A stretch of 64,000 bases of DNA, taken from the human T2T-CHM13v2.0 reference genome, Homo sapiens. A program made the translations under genes and the position numbers. Each line of letters begins with the position of its first letter. Positions within the stretch are counted from its first letter, which is position 1. The notes below the pieces were generated by a model. That model searched no databases, was not told the origin of the DNA, and saw only the letters and a program-made list of their open reading frames with translations. The stretch lies in NCBI RefSeq assembly GCF_009914755.1, contig NC_060936.1; one strand, written 5' to 3'. Of the stretch, positions 54,600-64,000 are shown one piece after another.

Positions 54600-56730
54600 C
54601 ACTTGCTGTTGATAGTATAGTCTAGTGGTTAAGCTTAAGTTCTCAAGAATCAACCAGACCGAGCTCCATTCCTCTTTGTTTAGCCTCTTTATGCCTCAAT
54701 TCTCAATTCTTCAAAATACAAATAATGTTTTGTATTTTGTTTGTTGTGAAGATTAATTGAAATGAAAGTTTGTTGTGAAGCTTGTTGCCTTATAAGTTTA
54801 TTGTGAAGATTAATTAAAATGAAACATGAAAAGTGCTAAGCACTATGTCTGTCATGTAGTAAATATTCAGTGTATGTGAGCTGTTGTTATCCTACTCAAA
54901 ATATGTTATTCTAAATTATCTGCATAATAACTGTCTTCTTCCCTAGAATATTAGCTCTTTCCCTAGCCCTGCCTTGGTACTGGGCACTCATTAGGCTATC
55001 ATTTACTTTACACTGAATGGCTAAGCAAAGGAAAGAATAATCAAAGGAATGTGTCACCATGCAAACTGGGTGTCATAATTCCTATATTAAAGATGAAAGA
55101 AATACAGTGTGGAGAGGGTAGCAATATTCAAAGCTTTCATAGATGGCAAGTGGCAGAACTGCAATTCAAATCCATATGTATCTAAATCTGAAGCCCATGC
55201 AATCTTTCATTTATTGCATTGGGGAAAATGCACCCCTGGGGAGAAGAGGTGGAGAATAAAATAATTGTTGAGCACTTACTATGGACCTGGTCGTGTTCTA
55301 AGCACTTGCATGTGTTTTCTCATTAGATATTTACAGCAACCTTATATGGCAGAGACTATAATTATTTTCAGTTTTACAGAGGAAAACTAAAGTACAGAAA
55401 GGATAGTAGCAGGTCAAGGTTATATGGCTAGGATGAAGCAGGGATAGACAGGACTGGGACTCAGTCATCTGGATCCAAAGCTCATACCCCTAAAGCCATG
55501 TTTGCCTTTCTCAGCATTATGTGATGCATCGCAATTAAATAGAACTAAAAAGAAAGTTAAAAGTCACTCTTGGTTATATTTACCCCAGTCAGTTACTTAG
55601 TACACATTTGATATCTGTATATGATTAGCTTATATTAGAAAAATAAAATAAGACAGCTGAACATCTACATAAACTCTAACTCCTGTCCTGAACTATCACT
55701 GAATCTCAAAATCCATCTGTAACAACTTTTACAAATTGTTATTCAATTTTGTCTGTCCATTTCCACTAATATGATGTTCATTAATTCCCAGAAGGCACTG
55801 CCTGAGTCTAATTTTAAAGAGAATAAATGTAGGAAATTTTTTCTTGAATAAAAAATGTCAGTTTATATCCTTCGCTCATTTACCTAGTTTTACCCTCTAA
55901 AACTATGCAATATTTGAAGACAAACCACTAATTTACTCAGCAAATGTTTGAGCACATATCTTTCAAGCACTGTGATAGGCAATGAGTACGGAAAGATATA
56001 TATTAAAACACATATTTTTAGGGTGACAGCCATATAGAAGAAAATTTCAACCTCATGTGGTAAGTGTTCTAATAGAATTATTTAAAATGTGTTAATTGAA
56101 ACATCAAGAAGTATGTGATTTGGGGCAAGAGCAGAATGGCAAATTAGGTGAGTATACAGGGCAATTTTTATTTGAACATCCAGGTATCTCCAAGTGCTTC
56201 CTGCTTCTGGAGATACCAAAATAAACTGAGCCCTTGCCTCTTCATATAGCCTGAAGGCAGCAAACATTCTCTGTCCTTGTCTCTTGGCAGGAGGGTGGAA
56301 GCACATGATATCCAGGACTCAGCAAAGAAATAATTATCATTGTTGGGTAGTTACTATATGTCAGGCCTGTTCTATGTGCTTTACACACATTAACTCATTT
56401 AAAACCAACAACTTTATCGGGTCAGTGCTATTATTACTATTTTCCGTTTTACAGATAAGAAAACTGAGACTTATTCAAGTAACTTTGAGGGAAATTGGAG
56501 AGCTATTAAGTAGAAAAGCCGTGATTCAAACCCAGGTAGGATGGGCTCTGGAGTGTATGTTTTTAAATACAGAAAGATGTGACTTCCCAAACAATACAAT
56601 ACTCCAGAAATGACTTCTAGTGCAATAGAAACTTGAAGAAAATAGTATTAAAATGTCACTTTACAGTTTGCACAGTATTTTGCTGTCCATTATCTCATTT
56701 AATCCTCACAACAATCTTGTAAAATAGGCA
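54600..56730. mobile_element. cluster of MIR fragments
   Basis: MIR cores at about 54610-54890 (+), 55060-55220 (-), 55255-55510 (-) and 56330-56570 (-), e.g. ttttacagataagaaaactgagact. Confidence 0.72.
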
Positions 56731-57513
56731 TTAATACCTGACTACCACCCTCTATCCATCTGTTCCATTCTCCTCTTTATTTTCTTTCTTCTAGTTACTG
56801 CTTGCTATTGCTTGCACCCTGCAAGATGATCATCATTGCACTAGCTCTTTCCTCTTCTCAAAGTGTTCTTCCAGATCGTTGCATGGTTGTTTCTGCTGTA
56901 ATGTCACCTCCTTGGAGAGCCCTTCCAGAATCTCATGGTGTAGCTTTCAGTTGTATTCCACTGTTAACTTTTCTTCTCTGCACTTTGCTCTCTGGAATCA
57001 TACTATTTGTTTACTTATTTAAATATTTTATCTGTTGACTTAACTAGAACATAAGCACAGTCACTAACAGAGAATCTATCTTGTTTATTTCTGTATCTCC
57101 CTCCCTAAATATAGAGTAAACATGACATACAGAAGGCATTCAAAAATATAATTTTAGCTTTTTTTGTTCCTATTTTCATTCCTATTTTTAAAATTCCTTC
57201 TTTATTATAAATTACTTTTCCATCAATTTTTAACTTATTATTTGAATATAAGGGATTGATTTTTTTTGGACTCTATTTAGAAATAGGATCATTGATTTGT
57301 GCATATGAAAGGTTGTATTACCTTAGCAAATTCACTAATATTATCTAACAGCTTTGTAGTTGACAATCAATCTGGAAATAATTACTTTGACAGTTTCTAT
57401 TTAATATTTTGTTATTTATTGTTTTATAACATTGGTTAAACCATTTTTGTGCTTTGTTTGATGTGATGTGAACAGAAATGTTCACTCTCTCACCTCTAAA
57501 TATAATATTTGAC

Positions 57514-57767
57514 AATCCCAGCACTTTGGGAGGCCGAGGCAGGTGGATCATGAGGTCAGGAGATCAAGACTTTGGTGGCTAACACGGTGAAACCCCGTCT
57601 CTACTAAAAATACAAGAAATTAGCCGGGCATGGTGGTGGGAGCCTATAGTCCCACCTATTCGGGAGGCTGAGGCAGGAGAATGGGTGAACCCGGGAGGCG
57701 GAGCTTACAGTAAGCCGAGATCGCACCACAGCACTCCAGCCTGGGAGACAGTGCGAGACTCCATCTC

Positions 57768-57794
<27 letters not shown>
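57514..57794 (+). mobile_element. 5'-truncated AluY
   Basis: Starts at aatcccagcact; Y-type ggctaacacgg and ggagcttacag; long A tail. Confidence 0.92.
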
Positions 57795-57798
<4 letters not shown>

Positions 57799-57964
57799 CA
57801 TTGGCGGCATTTCATGCCTAGTGTTTGTCAAGTTAAGGAAGTCCTCTACTTAGAGATTACTAAAAGTTGTTTTTTAATCAGATATTAATGTTATCTTTCA
57901 TCACATGCCTTTATCAATATATACTAAAATGATATGGTTTTTCTCCTTTAATCTGTTAGTGTAA

Positions 57965-58290
<326 letters not shown>

Positions 58291-58337
58291 ACAGTAAATT
58301 ATTTTCTAAGGTTGAACTATCCTACTTTTTTGGACAC

Positions 58338-58528
58338 TGATGGTTCTCAACTAGATGGGATAGAACTGCCTTTAAAAAGGGAATGTGGAAATTCATTGGG
58401 TATTTTCAGTTAATACAGTGTGATTCAAGCTGGCATTTAGCTCCTGGGAACTAAGGATACCAAACCTCTTATATGACAAATAAACTTAGCGCCCTAACTA
58501 CCAATGGTGTCTCAGTTGAGAAAAACTG
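58338..58528. mobile_element. MER20-like hAT MITE
   Basis: tggttctcaact...ctggcatttag...gttgagaaaaactg. Confidence 0.6.
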
Positions 58529-58552
58529 CTAACTGTGAATTTGTTTTTCATC

Positions 58553-59714
58553 ATTTTTTTAAAATTATACTTTAAGTTCTAGGGTACATGTGCACAATGT
58601 GCAGGTTTGTTACATAGGTATACATGTGCCACGTTGGTTTGCTGCACCCGTCAACTCGTCATTTACATTAGGTATTTCTCCTCAAGCTATCCCTCCCCAT
58701 CCCCCCACCTCCCCACAGGCCTGGCTGTGTGATGTTCCCCACCCTGTGTCCATGTGTTCTCATTGTTCAATTCCCATCTATGAGTGAGAATATGCGGTGT
58801 TTGGTTTTCTGTCCTTGTGATAGTTTGCTGAGAATGATGGTTTCCAGCTTCATCCATGTCCCTGCAAAGGACATCAACTCATCCTTTTTTATGGCTGCAT
58901 AGTATTCCATGGTGTATATGTGCCACATTTTCTTAATCCAGTCTATCATTGATGGACATTTGGGTTGGTTCCAAGTCTTTGCTGTTGTGAATAGTGCTGC
59001 AATAAACATACATGTGCATGTGTCTTTATAGTAGCATGATTTATAATCCTTTGGATATATACTCAGTAATGGGATCGCTGGGTCAAATAGCATTTCTAGT
59101 TCTAGATCCTTGAGGGATCGCCACACTGTCTTCCACAATGGTTGAACCAATTTACACTCCCACCAAGAGTGTAAAAGTGTTCCTATTTCTCCACATCCTC
59201 TCCAGCATCTGTTTCCTGACTTTTTAATGATCGCCATTCTAACTGGTGTGAGATGGCATCCCATTGTGGATTTGATTTGCATTTCTCTGATGACCAGTGA
59301 TGACATTCACGTGTCTGTTGGCTGCATAAATGTCTTCTTTTGAGGAATGTCTGTTCATATCTTTTTCCCATTTTTTGATGGGGTTGTTTGTTTTTTTCTT
59401 GTAAATTTGTTTCTTTGTAGATTCTGGATATTAGTCTTTTGTCAGATGGGTAGATTGCAAAAATTTTCTCCCATTCTGTAGGTTGCCTGTTCTCTCTGAT
59501 GATAGTTTCTTTTGCTGTTCAGGAGCTCTTTAGTTTAAGTAGATCCCATTTGTCTATTTTGGCTTTTGTTGCCATTTGCTTTTGGTGTTTTAGTCATGAA
59601 GTCTTTGCCCATGCCTATGCCCTGAATGGTATTGCCTAGGTTTTCTTCTAGGGTTTTTTATGATTTTAGGTCTTACATTTAAGTCTTTAATCCATCTTGA
59701 GTTAATTTTTGTAT
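58553..59714 (-). mobile_element. 5'-truncated L1PA (PA7/8-like) 3' end
   Basis: ttatactttaagttctagggtacatgtgc 3' end; ORF2 C-terminus [14 protein letters not shown]...[14 protein letters not shown]. Confidence 0.94.
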
Positions 59715-59932
59715 TGTATTGAGTTTAATTTTCATCATGTTTTAAAACTTATTATTAACATGATTAATATACCAATACAGTTATTCTAATATCTTTTAAA
59801 TAATCCCTGCTAGGGTATGCTGTATTAGTGTTTTTCTACATTATTAATATTAACTAGTTTTATATTTAATTTTCCAGAGAGTTTTTATAATATTTTGATA
59901 ATTTAATCACACTGCTCATGATGAATTTATTA

Positions 59933-60012
59933 TTATGTTGGTGCAAAAGTAATTGCAGTCTTTGATATTACCTTCAATGGCAAAAACCTCAATTACTTTT
60001 GCACCAACCTAA
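59933..60012. mobile_element. full-length 80-bp MADE1 (Hsmar1 MITE)
   Basis: TA TSD; palindromic ttatgttggtgcaaaagtaattg...caattacttttgcaccaacctaa. Confidence 0.93.
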
Positions 60013-62200
60013 TAAATAAAGTCCTCAATCTTTTCCAAATAAAATACTCTTAAACCAGATTATTCCAGTCAGACACCAGTACAATCAATATGCAATCAGC
60101 ATTCTAATTTGATTCAATCTAATAAATGAAGGCTACATTCATTTCCTCTAAATTTTATCTCTTTTATTGTAACCTGCCATTCAAGCTAGGAATAATTTTA
60201 GAATATTGGTAGGGTTGGCCAAATTATTTGTTATTCCTCCTAGCTTAGTCACCTGTAAAGTTTGTTAAAATATATTCTATGGTGCTCATTCAAAATATTG
60301 GTAACAGTGCCAAACAAGACCATGAACCAAACTTCCTTGGAGAAGTGTTTCTACTAGAAATCCAACAATGCAATCATCCACTTTATGTATTTCCACATTT
60401 TCCACAAGGTGTCTGTGAGAGTTGTGGGGTCATGAATATATAATGAGACTATGACATATGTCTGAACTTCTGCAATGTCTACTCTTAGTGATTTTCCACG
60501 TAGCCTCTGGGATCACCACTTTCTTTTCTAAGTGCCAATATCTCATTCTTTTAAATATATATATGTACACACACACACACATTTTATATATATTTTAAAA
60601 TATATATATGGGCCAAGAGGCAACAAATAGATTGCCCTATAGTTTCCCAAAACACCTTTGTCATCTTTTTGGAAGCCAGGTTATTTGTCCATCAGCAATT
60701 ACTGCTCTTCTCCAATTTTCCTCAAAAATCACTTTCAGCAGTCCCTCAACTATATTCCCCAATTTTTTCTTCATTATTGTTAAATAGACCCAGCTGTGAT
60801 TTCATGCTATGTTTCTCCATCTATCTTGTGGGTTTAAATCTTATAGCCATGTTGTGACTCCCATTATTCTATCTTTTTTTAGTTAAAGGTAATCCTTTGA
60901 TTAATTTAAAAACAAAAGATGTTATATTGAAATATAACTATCTCCACACTGGGCAAGTAAACAAAAGTTGCACAAACAGTTAGACTTGGACTAGCTATAT
61001 TGTTTCTAAGGAAAATTACCATCAATGGAAATTAGACACCCTAGCTTTATGTCCAAGATAGGTAGATACTTGAATATAACTACAAAATAAGTTTCAATCC
61101 CTCATGATTTTTTTCAAGTGGTTTTCAGGCATATTTATTTTTATTGGACAAGTGTTTGAATTCAGTTAGTATATTACTTAGCAAAATTCAATCTTTTTTT
61201 TTAAAGATCTCAATTGAATAAACCAGAACTAAGGCATGGATGAAATTAACACAATTTTTAAGGTTAAGTTCACATTTGGTAGTGCAGAGTGAGTTCAAGT
61301 TAAATCCATTTTAATTTGTTTATTAGGACATAGTTCTGTCATTCATGTATTTATGGTTAAAAAAATTGAAAAGCGTAGCTTATATATATGTGTGTGGAGG
61401 GGGGCAATTCTATAGCAACTCCACCCATTTAAAAAACCTTTTCAGTTGTATTCTGACATTAGCTCGTGCGATTCAATTCATAAGTTAAAACAGCAGGGTA
61501 AATGCAGACAACTGAAACAGGGCTATGACTATCAAAACCAACACCTCACATTCTTTCTTGGCCCTTGAGAGCACTACACTTGTAGGAGCCAGCTACATAC
61601 ACAGAGAGGCAAAGTGACATCCTAAGGTAGCCACTACTTTTCATTATTTTAGGTTAGAAGGCTTTTGTTTTGTTTTGTTTTGTTGCATTAAGAATAATCC
61701 ATGACAGCTAAGTCTTGCTAAGCCAATTTTATTCATTCATTCACTCATTCAATCAACAAATACAAAGAGCGTGCCAACTATGTGCCACACAATGTGCTGG
61801 GTTCTACATAAACAAACCCGACATGGTCTCTGACCTGATGGAAAGTATATCCTAACAGGCAAATGTCATGACTTTAAGAAAAGAACTCAAAGAGATACTG
61901 GCATTGTGCATATAACACCATCTCTAATACCCAGGACACCTTCCTGTTTGATAGTACTCCCTAGATGTTTTCTTTCCTCTACTTAAGAGCTAGGCCTTAG
62001 TTGTGATCCCTGAAAAACAACACTCATAAGCAAGAGCATTAATTTCATAACTGACAGGAGCACACCAAATACATTTCAGGGCTCGGATGAATGACACACC
62101 AAACTAGAAAGGATTCACCAAATTTCTTATTTTTGTAACCAAAATGCTTTAGAGATTTGAGTCATTCTCTTTGTAACTTTTAATTATCAAATAAAAAACA

Positions 62201-62499
62201 GGCTGGGTGCAGTGGCTCTTGCTTGTCATTCCAGCACTTTGGGAGGCTGAGGCACGCGCATCACCTGAGGTCAGGAGTTCCAGACCAGCCTGGCCAACAT
62301 GGCAAAAACCCGTCTCTATTAAAAAATACAAAAACATCAGCTGGGCCTGGTGGTGTTGCCTGTTGCCTCCTCGGGAGGCTGAGGCCAGAGAATCGCTTAA
62401 ACCCAAAAGGCTGAGGTTGCAGTGAGCCGAGATCACACCACCACACTCCTGCCTGGGCAACAGGGCAAGACTCTGTCAAAAAGAAAAAAAAAAAAAAAA
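62201..62499 (+). mobile_element. AluS, diverged
   Basis: Dimer with catcacctgaggtcaggagttc and an A tail. Confidence 0.9.
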
Positions 62500-64000
62500 T
62501 GGAAAACTCCTGGAGTGTTTTGTAACTATATAGTGTGAAAGGAAACACTCATTGATTTACAAAGAAATAAAAAAGTTCAGTTCAATTTTTTAATATTTGC
62601 TGGAGCCCAGAGAAAATATGAGAGAGCAAGCAAGCGCTTACTTGTTTGTACACTAAAACACATGCGGCTGCTGCTATGGGAAGGATTTAGGACAAGAGAC
62701 ATAAAATATAGTCAGCCCTCCTCTTTTCTACCCCTGATCAAAACACCAGGGCATACATCTTGAAAACGACATAAAGACTAACCTAATTTTTATTTTCCTT
62801 CTTCCTTAATCTTTCTCCGTGTCAAATTAAAACAAACAAACAAACTAGGAGCAAGAGAAGGGGCAAACCCCTCTGGAGTGTAAGCAAAAGCAATTTTCTG
62901 GCAAATACAGATTTTATAAAAACCAGTGAATAAAGCTGATTAGAAAACCTATAGGCTTCCCAGGGCTTGAATCGGAAGACGCATGAAGTAATAAGCTCTG
63001 CCTGCCTTGAAAAGTGAAAAGGGAAAAGAGAAAAATTGTAATGTATCACAAATTCTATGACAAGTGTGGCACCCATGGGATAGTTATTTGCATTCAATTT
63101 TTGTTCTTATACTTGTTTTCCATAAGGTTGAAATCCACAAAATAAAAGTTCTTGGTTTTATAGCAGATTTTTTAAAGGACAAAAGTTTGATTTGTCTTAA
63201 ATGAAAAGCACACTAGGATTTGTTTAATCAATATTTTAAATTACGACTTATTTTAGAAGCCAAGAAATAAAGATTTCCATTTTCATTTTTGCAACTTGTC
63301 CAAAATGAATTTAACTCACGGAAAAGTTAGATGATAGTAATACCAACCTTGTATCTTATGTAAGCATTTAAATGCAGATTGGAAGCTACTAATCATGTCA
63401 TAAGGAAAGTATTAGAAATGTTTTAATTATTCATTTTTCTCCAAGAGTTGGTTTTGTATTATTCCTTCATAAGCCATGAGTATTCAAGAGCCATTTGGCT
63501 TAAAAATTAAGGGAACAGAGTAAGCAAAAGTAAAATTTGAAGAGTTATTTTGTATTATCTTCTCTGACCTTGAGATGAAAAGTGAAGGAGAATTGGAGCT
63601 ACCATACTTTAGAAAGTCCCTAAATCCATGCGGTCTTTAATTCCTGAAGCATTTCTATGTTCTTTAATATCCACGTGTTAAGTATTAAGGATTGCATTCT
63701 TCTTTGTTCCCTTGAGTTTAGCTGAAGGTCATTCCTGGTTTTAAAGATTAAAATCTGAGCAAACTAACCTCTGATGTAGAGAAGAGTTGCTATGAACATT
63801 TTAAGGTCTGGAAGAGAAGAATTCCACACTAATCTCCTTATCAGTATCTTCTCTTTGTTACAAGGGTAAATGACATGTACTACTTTCTATACCACTGTCT
63901 AACATAAAATATTGGACTAAAATTGAATATATCTCCTCTTATGACCACTTGGATTCAACATGTAGATTTATGCATAGTGACATGTAAATTACAGTGCTCA

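Noticed and set aside
58767-59306. 179-aa ORF, the longest in the track
   Set aside because: It is the C-terminus of L1 ORF2 in a 5'-truncated, promoterless copy.
60000-64000. MIR618 or the LIN7A promoter
   Set aside because: I recall both lying close to exon 1. No CpG island or recognisable precursor is visible, so they are probably just beyond the window.

Overview
Primate, almost certainly human, genomic DNA: AT-rich, CpG-depleted and dense in Alu, L1, L2, MIR, LTR and DNA-transposon fossils, including an AluYa5. The only protein-coding sequence I can support is one 119-bp minus-strand exon (20087-20205). It translates to [40 protein letters not shown], which I recognise as coding exon 2 (L27 domain) of LIN7A (MALS1/Veli1, 12q21.31). 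The rest of the window is LIN7A intron 2 (1-20086) and intron 1 (20206-64000). The supplied ORF track misses this exon, and its ORFs are repeat remnants or chance frames. Repeat family names are from memory of consensus sequences, not from a search. The most unusual object is a 56-nt double-hairpin, LTR-like RNA retroposed with an A30 tail and a perfect 17-bp TSD into a near-full-length hAT/Charlie transposase fossil (10401-10522). Other points of interest: a sense-oriented LTR12 solo LTR between the L27 exon and the downstream PDZ exons, several candidate cryptic or poison exons, atypical L1 junctions (fold-back hairpin, ~57-bp flanking duplication, Alu-L1 fusion), templated insertions, and closely spaced inverted repeats. 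I found no convincing novel multi-gene system.
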